Below, piece by piece: positions 1-9,832 of a stretch of 38,392 nucleotides of DNA (position 1 is its first letter; each line of letters begins with the position of its first letter). The DNA lies in NCBI GenBank assembly GCA_043754515.1, contig JAYUUO010000138.1, positions 1 to 38,392 of the forward strand. The letters are read 5' to 3'. The translations under genes and the position numbers were made by a program. Source of the stretch: Armatimonadota bacterium (GTDB lineage Bacteria > Armatimonadota > Armatimonadia > Armatimonadales > Armatimonadaceae). The notes below the pieces were generated by a model. It saw nothing but the letters and a program-made list of their open reading frames with translations, ran no database searches and was not told where the DNA came from.

Positions 1-136
1 CTCGTGGGGCATAGGACAGGTCCGAGAGGAGCGCGTTCTCGTTCATCGGTTCACCCCCACGCTCGTGGGGCATAGTTTGCGAAGAGGTGGCAGAATCACA
101 GTCACGTCGGTTCACCCCCACGCTCGTGGGGCATAG
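1..136 (-). CRISPR. Type I-E CRISPR array, leader-proximal end (continues off the left edge)
   Basis: 29-bp repeat CGGTTCACCCCCACGCTCGTGGGGCATAG at 47-75 and 108-136, partial at 1-14. Spacers are 32 bp (15-46, 76-107). The reverse complement CTATGCCCCACGAGCGTGGGGGTGAACCG has the I-E hairpin and the AACCG 3' end. Confidence 0.97.
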
Positions 137-217
137 ACATACAAATGTATACTATCTATACGGCCAGATGTAGACACTTGTCTGTGTATTCGCCGGGTCC
201 CGCGCCATCCCTGCCCG
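137..217 (-). promoter_or_regulatory. CRISPR leader
   Basis: Short segment, AT-rich next to the repeat, between the cas2 stop and the first repeat in the transcribed orientation. Confidence 0.7.
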
Positions 218-637
218 TTAAAGGGCTGTGTCGCTGGACTCGTCCGCCTCGTCCCCTGCTACTTCGGCGGGTGCCGCCGCTTTTCCTCCCGTCCTCCCCT
301 CGCGGGCGGACAGCTCGGCGAAGCCGTCGTCGTACACGCCGCGTTTGAACCCGCGCTTCGGGACGAAGACCAGCGTCAGCCCCTCGTACTCGCGTAGCTC
401 CCGCCCTGTCTCCCCGAACGAGCGCACCGCGAATCCTTGCTCCGTCTGCGCCGTATAGAGCATTAAAGCCCCCGACATCTTCCCCCTGCCGACGCTGGCC
501 GTCACCTTCTCCCATAATTTGTCCCGCACCATCGCCGAAACGTTGCCGACAAACAGCCCGGATTTCGGCTCGATCAGCCAACGCGACAGCTCGCCGCGCA
601 CCGATACCGACGCTTTCTCAACCACCAGTACCACCAT
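218..637 (-). CDS. cas2: Type I-E Cas2 with C-terminal extension
   Basis: MVVLVVEKASVSVRGELSRWLIEPKSGLFVG...SAMVRDKLWEKV...EQGF...YEGLTLV is the Cas2e pattern; lies downstream of cas1. Confidence 0.96.
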   Translation of the reverse strand: MVVLVVEKASVSVRGELSRWLIEPKSGLFVGNVSAMVRDKLWEKVTASVGRGKMSGALMLYTAQTEQGFAVRSFGETGRELREYEGLTLVFVPKRGFKRGVYDDGFAELSAREGRTGGKAAAPAEVAGDEADESSDTAL

Positions 638-660
638 CTCTTTCTCCTTTCGCGCACGCT

Positions 661-1698
661 TTACCAGGCAAACGGATCATCTTCAAACTCCGTCGCCTGT
701 GGCTCGGATGTAGGGGCAGGCAGTGGTAGCACTTCCGGCACAGAGGCAATTTGCGCATGATATGCCTCTTCGGTACCTGCGTCCGGTGTCCACAGTTCGG
801 TCGGCATCGCCGGGTCGTCATCCGGGGCAAACCCTTCCGCCATCTGCGCCGCGACGTTCCGCGCCAAGTCGTCGTCCACGGCGAGCAGTTTCTGTATGTC
901 GGGAACGATGCGCGAGAGCAGTTTCGTCTTCCTGAACTGGTCGCGGCATTCCAGACGCACCGCCCGTTCTAGGTCCGGTGGGTCATGCCTTGCGATACGA
1001 AACGCCACCGGGATCGTGACCTCGGCTTTGTACAGGTCGGCGATGTCATAGACGAAGGATAGTTGCTTGCCGCAGTGGATAAACCCGAGACCCGGCGAAA
1101 ACCCGGACGCGAGTATCGCGGCGTGGCACAGACCGTACAGGCACGAGTTCGCGCAGGATAACGCCCGGTTCGCGGGGTCGGCGTCGCGCCAACTCGCGCG
1201 GTCGTAGTTACGCCGCTCCCACGTGACACCCGTCGCCCGGCTCGCCGCCGCGTACACCTCGCGCATCCGGAACCCTTCCTTGCCGCGAAGCGATTCCACG
1301 GTGTCGCCTTTGTCGAACGGTTCCCCGAAACGGAGCAGGTACATGCGGCGCACGACCTCCAGGCGGAGCATCGGATCGGACACGAGCCGCGCTTGCAGGT
1401 GCAGGTTCGCCGCCGAGCGGGTTCCTCCCGTGCCGCAGGCGTAGAAGCGGACGTTCTCCTCGCCGCACCAGACCACGAGGCAGTTGTTGTCGGCGAGGGT
1501 CTGAACTGCGGCGTGCGTGATCGCGGTGCCGGGTCCCAGCATCAACACGGACAGCGCGGCGACCGGGACCGCGGTAAAGCCGCCCCCGTCGGCGTCCTGG
1601 AGCGCGATCGATTTATCGTGGCGGTCGATGCGGCAGTGTTCCGCGTACAGGTGCGACAGCGAATCGCGGATCTTCGGCAGGGCGTGTAGATCATCCAT
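661..1698 (-). CDS. cas1: Type I-E Cas1
   Basis: LMLGPGTAITHAAV, LRGKEGFRMR, NRALSCANSCLYG, GFSPGLGFIH, SFVYDIADLYK. Confidence 0.98.
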   Translation of the reverse strand: MDDLHALPKIRDSLSHLYAEHCRIDRHDKSIALQDADGGGFTAVPVAALSVLMLGPGTAITHAAVQTLADNNCLVVWCGEENVRFYACGTGGTRSAANLHLQARLVSDPMLRLEVVRRMYLLRFGEPFDKGDTVESLRGKEGFRMREVYAAASRATGVTWERRNYDRASWRDADPANRALSCANSCLYGLCHAAILASGFSPGLGFIHCGKQLSFVYDIADLYKAEVTIPVAFRIARHDPPDLERAVRLECRDQFRKTKLLSRIVPDIQKLLAVDDDLARNVAAQMAEGFAPDDDPAMPTELWTPDAGTEEAYHAQIASVPEVLPLPAPTSEPQATEFEDDPFAW

Positions 1699-1833
1699 AA
1701 GTCTTTATCTCCCGCCTCGGATAATCATTCCGGGGGCGAGAAAGCGGAAAGCAGGAAAACAGCAAAATAAAAATGAAAAATACCGCCGCCGCCCTTTTTC
1801 CGTTTCTCCCGTACGCGAACGATTATCCCAACT
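1699..1833. promoter_or_regulatory. Divergent cas1/cas3 promoter region with inverted repeat
   Basis: GGATAATCATTC (1719-1730) versus GAACGATTATCC (1817-1828), 1 mismatch; A-rich centre. Confidence 0.55.
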
Positions 1834-4662
1834 ATGACAGCCAGCACGGAATACCTCGCCCGCCACCTATGGGCAAAAACCGACCCGTTTCATTTTTTGT
1901 GGCAACACTTACTCGACACCGCCGCCGCCGCCGAGGCATTGCTCCCTCGATTCGTGCCGACCGATTGCCTGCCGTTATCCCCAGAGTGGCTGTGTTACCT
2001 TGTCGCGCTTCACGACATCGGCAAAGCCGATCCGCTTTTTCAGTTCAAGGCGGATGACTTCGTGCAATGGGAGGGAGGGACGAATCCCGCCTTCACACCG
2101 GCGTTCGCCGCGCGGACGGACTTCGCCGAGTGGAAGGCGGCGGGGCTCACCCGGCAGGTGGCATGGGATCGCACCCGAGGATTCCGGCACGAAGCCCGCT
2201 CCTACAGTTGGCTACACGGCACACACCTGCCCGCGCTTGGGTGGGGCAAATCCGCCACGCTTGTTGCCGCGACCGCCGTTCGCGGGCATCACGCCGACTT
2301 TGACGCTACCGCGATTATCGAAGAAGGGGCTGTGCCGGGTCGCTGGAATCCACTTCGGGACGCGCTCGCCGCCCTTGTCGCCGACGCCGTGGGATTAAAC
2401 CCAGAAACGCACCCCGCTCCGCAAGACTTTTCCGGCGCGCACGCTTCGCGCGTCGGGCTGATACTGTCGGGACTAATAGTGCTATCGGACTGGATCGCGT
2501 CCAACGAGAAACTATTCCCCTTCGAGACGATCGCGGCCCTCGATGATCCGCGGGAATACCTCGCCGCCGCCAAACGATTAGCGAAAGCGGCGGTCGCGTC
2601 TCTCCACTTCGATGCGGGTCCTGTGGTTGCGCCCGCCCGCCCGCCCAAGTTCGCCGATGTATGGGTTGGCGATGCCTACAACTGCCTCCGTCCCACCCAA
2701 ATCGCGCTCGAAGCCGCCGTAGTACTCGGCGATATGCCGCCCGGGTTGGCGATCATTGAGGCTCCGATGGGCGAGGGGAAGACCGAAGCCGCTATCTATC
2801 TTGCCGAAGCCTGGAACCGTGCCACCGGGCGCGTCGGAACCTACATCGCACTTCCGACCCAGGCGACCAGCAACCAGATGTTCGGGCGGTACGAAGCGTT
2901 TCTGAAAGCCACGCGCCCCGCGCTCGCGCCGCGCCTACTGCATGGCATGGCGTGGCTCCGTGAGCGACCGACCGGCGACACGGATACGGTTGGCAAAATA
3001 GAGACGTCCGGCGCGGACGGGGTTGCCGAAGGAAACCGCGCCGCCGAGTGGTTTTACGACAACGCGAAGCGCGGCTTACTCGCCCCCGAGAGCGTGGGAA
3101 CCGTAGATCAGGTGCTGTTCGCCGCGCTCAATGTGCGACACGGTTTCTTGCGCCTTTTCGGGCTGTCGGCACGGACGCTCATCGTGGACGAAGCCCACGC
3201 CTACGACGACTTTATGACCGCGATTCTGTGCCGGTTGCTGACGTGGTTACACGCGCTCCGCGTCCCGACGATTCTGCTGTCGGCAACCCTTTCGCGCGTA
3301 CAAAAGGCGAAACTGTTGGCGGCATACGGTGGCGTGGTGTTGCCAGATACGGGGGAGGAAGCGTACCCACTCATCACCCTCGCGCCCCTCGACGCCCCGG
3401 CGAAGTCCGTGCCGGTCACGATCCCGGTCACGGGCTACGACCGGCCAACATCGGTGACGCTGAAAACCGTTTCGGGTGCGCTCCAGAACGCGCCAGTGAC
3501 CGCGACACTCGCGGCGAAATTAGTAGCCGGGGGAGGCTGTTTGTGCGTGCTTCTCAACACGGTTAAGCAAGCGCAAGCGGTCTTCAGCGAACTCGAAACG
3601 CTCAAAACAGCGGGACGCTTAACGTCTGACTGTGAGTTATCGCTATTCCATGCCCGCTTCCCGGCGCGGCGGCGCAATGCGATTGAAAAATCGGTTACGG
3701 AAAAGTTTGGCAAGGGTGCGGACGGGAAGCCGGACAACCCGAAGCGTCCGAAGTGCGCTATTTTAGTGGCGACGCAGGTAGTGGAGCAGTCGCTCGATGT
3801 TGATTTTGACGCGATGATATCCGAGATCGCGCCGATTGACCTGCTACTTCAGCGGTCCGGACGACTGCATCGGCACGACCGGGGCGACACGCGCCCCGCC
3901 CTGCTCAAAGTGCCGGTACTTCACGTACTCGCGCTGGAAGCGGGCGGGTACGAGTTCGGTAGCACGGGGGTTGTGTACGAGCCTTTCGTTCTGCTCCGCA
4001 CACTCGCGCTTCTAACGGCGGGCGGGGATAACTCGTTTGTTTTCCACGCGCCGACCGGGTTTCGGCCCGCGATCGAATCGGTCTACGCGCCTGATTCCGC
4101 CGCGCCGCTGGACGTCGCGCTTGCCGATGCTATCGGAGCGGCGCGGGACAAATGGGAGACGCATACCGCAGTCAAGGAGAACGCGGGCAATGTTCACCTC
4201 GTCGCCGAGCCGAAACCAAAATCATTCTGCTACGCGTCACCTAAACCCGCCGTGGATGAGGACACGGACGGCGAATCCCCACGCTCGTATCTTCGTGCCA
4301 AGACCCGCTACGACGACGGCGAACCGACGCGCTCGGTGCTGGTGCTAACCGGGCCGGACGACTTCAAGGCGTGGAGCGCGGCGCAGAAGTTCACCGGCAA
4401 CGCCCGCCCGCCGAAAAAAGCCTTGCGCCAGCTGTTTTTGTGTAAGGCGAGTGTTCCATGGCGATGGCTCAAAGGCGTTCCCGACGTGCCGAAAGGATTA
4501 GCGGAGATGCGCTGGCTACAGGGTCACGCCGTGCTAAAGATGTGCCAAGAAAAAAATATGCCGGGGCGTTTCCGGTTTGACGACGCCGCCGTGATTACAC
4601 GATTGTGGAGCGATGAACTGCGCGGGCTATACGAGGAAAAAGTCGTGTCGGTTCAGGAATAA
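1834..4662 (+). CDS. cas3: Cas3 HD nuclease-SF2 helicase
   Basis: LWAKT, ALHDIGKA, GHH, SDWIASN (HD domain); APMGEGKTEAA, DEAH, SAT, ATQVVEQSLDVDFD, QRSGRLHRH (helicase). Confidence 0.98.
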   Translation: MTASTEYLARHLWAKTDPFHFLWQHLLDTAAAAEALLPRFVPTDCLPLSPEWLCYLVALHDIGKADPLFQFKADDFVQWEGGTNPAFTPAFAARTDFAEWKAAGLTRQVAWDRTRGFRHEARSYSWLHGTHLPALGWGKSATLVAATAVRGHHADFDATAIIEEGAVPGRWNPLRDALAALVADAVGLNPETHPAPQDFSGAHASRVGLILSGLIVLSDWIASNEKLFPFETIAALDDPREYLAAAKRLAKAAVASLHFDAGPVVAPARPPKFADVWVGDAYNCLRPTQIALEAAVVLGDMPPGLAIIEAPMGEGKTEAAIYLAEAWNRATGRVGTYIALPTQATSNQMFGRYEAFLKATRPALAPRLLHGMAWLRERPTGDTDTVGKIETSGADGVAEGNRAAEWFYDNAKRGLLAPESVGTVDQVLFAALNVRHGFLRLFGLSARTLIVDEAHAYDDFMTAILCRLLTWLHALRVPTILLSATLSRVQKAKLLAAYGGVVLPDTGEEAYPLITLAPLDAPAKSVPVTIPVTGYDRPTSVTLKTVSGALQNAPVTATLAAKLVAGGGCLCVLLNTVKQAQAVFSELETLKTAGRLTSDCELSLFHARFPARRRNAIEKSVTEKFGKGADGKPDNPKRPKCAILVATQVVEQSLDVDFDAMISEIAPIDLLLQRSGRLHRHDRGDTRPALLKVPVLHVLALEAGGYEFGSTGVVYEPFVLLRTLALLTAGGDNSFVFHAPTGFRPAIESVYAPDSAAPLDVALADAIGAARDKWETHTAVKENAGNVHLVAEPKPKSFCYASPKPAVDEDTDGESPRSYLRAKTRYDDGEPTRSVLVLTGPDDFKAWSAAQKFTGNARPPKKALRQLFLCKASVPWRWLKGVPDVPKGLAEMRWLQGHAVLKMCQEKNMPGRFRFDDAAVITRLWSDELRGLYEEKVVSVQE

Positions 4663-4667
4663 ATATC

Positions 4668-6365
4668 ATGCCATCTTTTCGAGTTGATGACGAGCCGTGG
4701 ATGCCGGTCGTGTATAGCGACGGAACCACAAAAGAGGTCGGACTGCGTGAAGTGTTGCTTCAAGCGCACGAGATTCGCGCCGTGCGCGACCCGCTTCCCC
4801 TGTCGGAACTGGGCGTGTACCGTCTGCTGATCGCCTTCGTGCTGGATATTTTCGTGATCGAACCGGGCGACGACCGAACTATTGAGCCGGACTTGGACGG
4901 CTTGACCGAACTGCTGTCGGCGGGCGCATTCGACACGGACGCGGTGAACGCCTACTTCGACCGGTACGCGGAGCGTTTCGACTTGTTTTCGGAGACGCAC
5001 CCGTTTTTGCAGACGCCCGGCCTCACCGATACCGATTCAAAGGTTCTGTCTGTACTTCTACCGGCAGAACCAAGCGGTGGGGATGCTATTTTGTTTCATC
5101 ACACGGAGGATAAACGCTTCGCAACAACCCCGGCAATGTCGGCACGACTGCTGACGACGCTCGCCGCGTTCGCTGTTGGCGCAGGACGAGGTTGGTTCCC
5201 CTCCGTCAATGGTACGCCGCCGTGGTATGTTTTGATTGATGGCAAAACGCTTTTTGAAACGTTGTGTCTCAACCTTTTCTTGATTCATACGGACGGAAAA
5301 GAGTATCAGATGCCTCCTGCGTGGCGTAGCAAGCGACCTGTTCCCGGCGGCGGGGGGCGTGCGATACACGCCTATTATGCCGAAGGGTTGACGTGGCGAT
5401 GCCGGTGTGTACGACTTCTGCCGGAAGGAGAGGGCACTTGCTCAATCACCGGCGTACATTCCCTTACCACAGTGCGTCGAATGTTCTTTAAGGCGGGCGA
5501 TAGTTGCGATGGCACTATTTGGGATGACCCGATGGTTGCCTACTATACACCGGACGCCGCGACGGGTAAATTACCGCAACGGGTGAAAGAAGATAAGGAA
5601 GTATGGCGTGATAGCGGGCCACTCGTGCTTCTCAGCGACGTTGCAATTAACGGGAGGGTCTTTTCGCGTCCGCTTTCCATAACACAGTTTGCCCGTCTTG
5701 CCTCTGAGGGGAGATTGGCACAAAAACAGAGTGAGTTACGCCTTACTTTATACGGAATGCGTGTGGATAAAGCCAAGATTTTTGAATGGCAAAAGGAAGC
5801 CTTGTCGTTACCTGCTCCTTTACTTTGGAATAGTTCCTTCGCGCTTGACGCCCATAACGAAATCCAAAGCATTGATGACGTTCGCGGTGCGCTTCGCATG
5901 GCGATCAAAAAGAACTACGAGCGCGACGGGGCGGGCAACAAGTCGGCGTTCGACACGCGCATTGCCAGTGCGTCCCGCGCCCTGTTTGCCGGGGTCAAGC
6001 ACGGCTACGATACTTTTTTGCGCGGGCTTGCCGCGCTTGACCCCGACGCCGAAACGCTGATTGAGCAGAAAGAAGCCCTTCGTAAAACCCTGCGGGAAAT
6101 GGTTCGCACCGAAGCCCGCCACGCACTTGAGGAGGCGACCGATGATCTTGTCAGCGATTCCGAAGCGTTGATGCGGCAGGTGCGGGCGAGTGCGTTTTTT
6201 GAGAACCGCTTGGCAACGATTCTCTTCCCGAAGCCGAAACTACCGGATAGTGACGCGGATGGTGGCAAGACGAGGAGCAAAAATACGGCAGCGAAAACGA
6301 TTCTGACCATCGCCGTAAAAGCAATACCCGCCGACGTTCCGCAAACCGCGTTATCACTCGATTAA
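4668..6365 (+). CDS. cas8e: Cas8e (Cse1/CasA) Cascade large subunit
   Basis: DEPWMPV, RFDLFSETHPFLQ, GKTLFETLCLNL, DPMVAY; directly follows cas3. Confidence 0.94.
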   Translation: MPSFRVDDEPWMPVVYSDGTTKEVGLREVLLQAHEIRAVRDPLPLSELGVYRLLIAFVLDIFVIEPGDDRTIEPDLDGLTELLSAGAFDTDAVNAYFDRYAERFDLFSETHPFLQTPGLTDTDSKVLSVLLPAEPSGGDAILFHHTEDKRFATTPAMSARLLTTLAAFAVGAGRGWFPSVNGTPPWYVLIDGKTLFETLCLNLFLIHTDGKEYQMPPAWRSKRPVPGGGGRAIHAYYAEGLTWRCRCVRLLPEGEGTCSITGVHSLTTVRRMFFKAGDSCDGTIWDDPMVAYYTPDAATGKLPQRVKEDKEVWRDSGPLVLLSDVAINGRVFSRPLSITQFARLASEGRLAQKQSELRLTLYGMRVDKAKIFEWQKEALSLPAPLLWNSSFALDAHNEIQSIDDVRGALRMAIKKNYERDGAGNKSAFDTRIASASRALFAGVKHGYDTFLRGLAALDPDAETLIEQKEALRKTLREMVRTEARHALEEATDDLVSDSEALMRQVRASAFFENRLATILFPKPKLPDSDADGGKTRSKNTAAKTILTIAVKAIPADVPQTALSLD

Positions 6366-6387
6366 TGAACCGGAAGAACCCGAAACT

Positions 6388-6984
6388 ATGGACAACTTTT
6401 TTCTCAAGCGCATTGTTGACCTGCACCAAAAAGGCGACACGGCGAAACTGGCCAGTCTGCGCCGCGCAGCCGGGGAAACCCTCGGCGCGGAAACGGCGCG
6501 AAACGTCTACTGGGTGTACTCGTACTTCGGGGGCACCCCGAAAGAGGGCACGAACCCGCTTCACGAATCCGCGCACTTTCTCGCCGGAACCTTGCTCGCC
6601 TTTGACCGCGACGCACTCGAAGGCAGGGCGAACGCGCACGACATGACGTTCGCCGCGACGCTTCGTAACCTGACTGGCACGAATAACGATACCGAACTCG
6701 AAAAGCACCCGCTTACGCGCCGGTTCCGTATCCTGCTGGATGCGGACTGGTCGTGGGACGGGACGGGCGGATCGCTTCCGTTCCGCTTGCGACAGATGGC
6801 GCGCTATGCAATCCAGAAGGACGCACATATCGCGTGGGATCGTTTGCTCAAAGACCTGCTCCGATGGAACCATCCCGAACGCTATGTACAGAAGCGTTGG
6901 GCGAGAGACTACTTCGCGCCATACCTGCCCGCCGATGCCCTTGCCGGAAGCGAGACCACCGCCACCCTACCGGACGCTGAATAA
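6388..6984 (+). CDS. cse2: Cas11 (Cse2/CasB) small subunit
   Basis: LASLRRAAG, RRFRILLDAD, RLRQMARY, IAWDRLLKDLLRW, VQKRWARDYF. Confidence 0.94.
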   Translation: MDNFFLKRIVDLHQKGDTAKLASLRRAAGETLGAETARNVYWVYSYFGGTPKEGTNPLHESAHFLAGTLLAFDRDALEGRANAHDMTFAATLRNLTGTNNDTELEKHPLTRRFRILLDADWSWDGTGGSLPFRLRQMARYAIQKDAHIAWDRLLKDLLRWNHPERYVQKRWARDYFAPYLPADALAGSETTATLPDAE

Positions 6985-7031
6985 ATCGCCGCGTCCCCGA
7001 ACCCGAACCCGAAAGAAAACGAGTCATCATT

Positions 7032-8243
7032 ATGCTCATCGAAATCCATGTTTTGCAGAACCATGCCCCCGGCAACATGAACCGCGACGATACCGGGTCT
7101 CCTAAAGAGTGTGTATTTGGCGGAGTACGCCGTGCCCGTATCTCCTCGCAGTGTTTGAAGCGTAGTCTGCGTCGGTCGGAAGTCTTTAGCGGTGCTCTTC
7201 AAGGACATCTCGGAACCCGTACACGCCGTTTGCCGGAAATTATACGCGAACGATTGCTGGCGAGCGGCGTCTCCGCCGAAATCGCCGATGCCGCCGCGAA
7301 ACACGCTTCTGGCTTCGGCACCAGTGACGGCAAGGTGCAAGCCGCCGATAAAGACGGCAAGTACGGAACCGCGCAAACCGTTTTCCTCGCCGAAAGCGAC
7401 ATCGCGGCGATTGTGGCCGTGTTGGAAGCGGCGATTCAGAAAACCGGCAGTAACCTGAAAAAGTTCATCGAACTCAAGACCGCCGATCTGCAAAAAGAGG
7501 CGAACGCGAAAGAGTTTCGCGCCACGCCAGTGGATGTCGCGCTGTTCGGGCGCATGACCACCTCGGAAGCAGTGCGCGATATCGAAGCGTCGTGCCAAGT
7601 CGCGCACGCCCTTTCGACGCACAAAGTGGATCACGAGTTCGACTACTTCACCGCCGTGGACGATTTGCGCGGGCTTGCCGAAGCCGAAGAGGACGCGGGC
7701 GCGGATATGATCGGCGATGTCGAGTACAATTCGGCGTGTTACTACAAATATTTTTCGCTCGACGCGGGCGATCTGGTACGGAACCTGACCGGGGAAGGGC
7801 CGTATCGCCGCCGTGAAGTGTCCGATACCGACCGCGCCGATGCCCGCGCCCTTGCCGCGAGTGCCGCGTCCGCGTTCGTGAAAGCCCTCGCGCTTGTGAC
7901 GCCGACCGGCAAGCAGAACAGTTTCGCCGCGCACCAACGCCCTACCGCGATTCTGGTCGAAGTACGCCCGGTCAACACCCCGACCGGATACACCAACGCC
8001 TTTGTCGAGCCGGTACGCCCGTTCACGAAGGCGGACGGCGACCTAGTGCGCGGTTCGCTCGCCAAACTCAAAACTCACGTCGAAGCGATTACCACCGGCT
8101 TCAACTTGGAAGCATCGCCGCGCCTACTACTCGCGCCGGAGTACCCCGACTACGCGATTGACGGAGTGGAGCGCGTCGCCGATTTGAACACGCTCTGCGA
8201 GCGGATCGCCGCCGTGATCCGCGGGGGAAATGCCAATGGGTAG
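7032..8243 (+). CDS. cas7: Cas7 (Cse4/CasC) backbone
   Basis: NMNRDDTGSPK, RARISSQCLKR, DVALFGRM, DYFTAVDD, PTGKQNSFA. Confidence 0.98.
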   Translation: MLIEIHVLQNHAPGNMNRDDTGSPKECVFGGVRRARISSQCLKRSLRRSEVFSGALQGHLGTRTRRLPEIIRERLLASGVSAEIADAAAKHASGFGTSDGKVQAADKDGKYGTAQTVFLAESDIAAIVAVLEAAIQKTGSNLKKFIELKTADLQKEANAKEFRATPVDVALFGRMTTSEAVRDIEASCQVAHALSTHKVDHEFDYFTAVDDLRGLAEAEEDAGADMIGDVEYNSACYYKYFSLDAGDLVRNLTGEGPYRRREVSDTDRADARALAASAASAFVKALALVTPTGKQNSFAAHQRPTAILVEVRPVNTPTGYTNAFVEPVRPFTKADGDLVRGSLAKLKTHVEAITTGFNLEASPRLLLAPEYPDYAIDGVERVADLNTLCERIAAVIRGGNANG

Positions 8244-9006
8244 CCCGGTCCTGCTTCTGCGCCTCGAGGGGCCGCTCCAATCGTGGGGGGGACGGTCACG
8301 ATGGGACGTGCGCGACACCGAAAGCGAGCCGACGAAGTCCGGCATTGTTGGGCTACTCGGCGCGGCATTCGGCTACGAGCGTGGCAATCCGAACCTCTCG
8401 GAGCTGGACAATGGTTTGCGCTTCGGCACTCGCGTCGAGGCGCGGGGGCGGGTACTCAAAGACTATCAAACGATAACCGGGATATTCCGAACCGCGGAGG
8501 GCAAATTGCGCGGATCGGAGGACGACCCTTACACGATTATTTCGCCGCGTTACTACATTGAGGACGGCGCGTTTCTCGTCGGCTTAGAAGAAAATGAGGG
8601 CGGCGGCGAACTACTCGCGTCGTGCGCCGACGCATTGCGAGGTCCCGTCTGGCCCCTGTTCCTCGGCCGCAAAACGTGTGTGCCGTCGCGCCCGATCCTT
8701 GATCGCCAAACTAGCGAATATGACGGGCTGGAGGATGCCTTGCGCCGCCACCCGTGGGAGTGGCAGGGCGTCTGCGGGGGCGCGGGACGCCGCGACCGGC
8801 GCGGCAAAATTACGCACAAACCGCTCACCGACCTCGAACTGAACGACTGGCGTTTGCCTGTGGCGGTAGAAGTCCCTATAAGCGAGGAGTATCACGTTTT
8901 GCGCCAGGACGCCGTGCGATTAAACGAGTCGCGCTACTACGACTTCCGCCCGGTAAGACAGATTTCTGATGTCACGCGGGCGACGGTTTTATCATCGAAC
9001 GGATAA
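8230..9006 (+). CDS. cas5: Cas5e (CasD)
   Basis: LLLRLEGPLQSWG, PTKSGIVGLLGAAFG, DYQT, RYYIEDG, LFLGRKTCVPSRP. Confidence 0.97.
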   Translation: MPMGSPVLLLRLEGPLQSWGGRSRWDVRDTESEPTKSGIVGLLGAAFGYERGNPNLSELDNGLRFGTRVEARGRVLKDYQTITGIFRTAEGKLRGSEDDPYTIISPRYYIEDGAFLVGLEENEGGGELLASCADALRGPVWPLFLGRKTCVPSRPILDRQTSEYDGLEDALRRHPWEWQGVCGGAGRRDRRGKITHKPLTDLELNDWRLPVAVEVPISEEYHVLRQDAVRLNESRYYDFRPVRQISDVTRATVLSSNG

Positions 9007-9014
9007 ACAAATCA

Positions 9015-9707
9015 ATGAGCGATATTCTCTATTTTTCCCGTCTCCTGCTATCGGCTCGGTCGCGGCAAGCCCGCGTCGAGATAGCGAATCCCTACGAACT
9101 GCACCGCACCCTATCCCGCGCCTTTCCTGATGGAGAGACCGCGGAAGGGGCGCAAACGGCGTGGGACGAGGCGCGGTGCTTGTTTCGCATTGAGGAAGAA
9201 ACTACGGCCGCAAGTGATGAGGCAACGGTTCCTGTGATCGTACAAACCCAGCGGCGTCCCGATTGGTCACATCACGAAGCGATCCCCGGTTATCTTGTCG
9301 GCGCGGTCGCGGTACGGGAGTTGAAATGCCGCGACGCGGATGGCTCCCCACTTATTGCCACCGGCTCGAACATGACGTTTCGGCTCGTCGCCAACCCGAC
9401 CGTTAAACGGGACGGGAAACGACTTGGCTTGTATAAGGAAGAAGAGCGGCTCCGGTGGATCGAGCGCAAGGCGAGGGAGAACGGTTTCCGTATCACGGAC
9501 GTGCGACTGCGGGACCGCGGGGCGGTGCGATGTGTGACTACGAAAACCGAAGCGTCAGCAGGGCATCAAGTCGTGTTCAGCGCGGCACAGTTCGATGGAG
9601 CCTTACAAGTCGTCGACGAATCCACTTTCAGTCGTGCGTGGGTGGACGGCGTCGGCGCAGGTAAAGGAATCGGTTTCGGCCTGTTGTCGGTCGCGCCCAG
9701 CCGCTGA
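9015..9707 (+). CDS. cas6e: Cas6e (Cse3/CasE) crRNA-processing endoribonuclease
   Basis: NPYELHRTL, FRLVANPT, FDGALQV, Gly-rich GVGAGKGIGFGLLSV loop. Confidence 0.97.
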   Translation: MSDILYFSRLLLSARSRQARVEIANPYELHRTLSRAFPDGETAEGAQTAWDEARCLFRIEEETTAASDEATVPVIVQTQRRPDWSHHEAIPGYLVGAVAVRELKCRDADGSPLIATGSNMTFRLVANPTVKRDGKRLGLYKEEERLRWIERKARENGFRITDVRLRDRGAVRCVTTKTEASAGHQVVFSAAQFDGALQVVDESTFSRAWVDGVGAGKGIGFGLLSVAPSR

Positions 9708-9832
9708 CTAATTATTTCGTCCGCAACTTCCCCAAAAACGCATGTATCTTCTCCTTTTCTTGCTCGATGCATGCGCCTCCCGGATCTTCATCCCGACCGG
9801 AAGATCGAAGACTATAGTGTTGATTAGTATTA

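Noticed and set aside
15..107. Spacers targeting the adjacent phage region
   Set aside because: I found no match to either 32-bp spacer by eye; the rest of the array is outside the window, so a BLAST is still needed.
218..9707. CRISPR-associated transposon or nuclease-dead system
   Set aside because: Cas3 HD and helicase motifs are intact and no Tns/TniQ genes are present.
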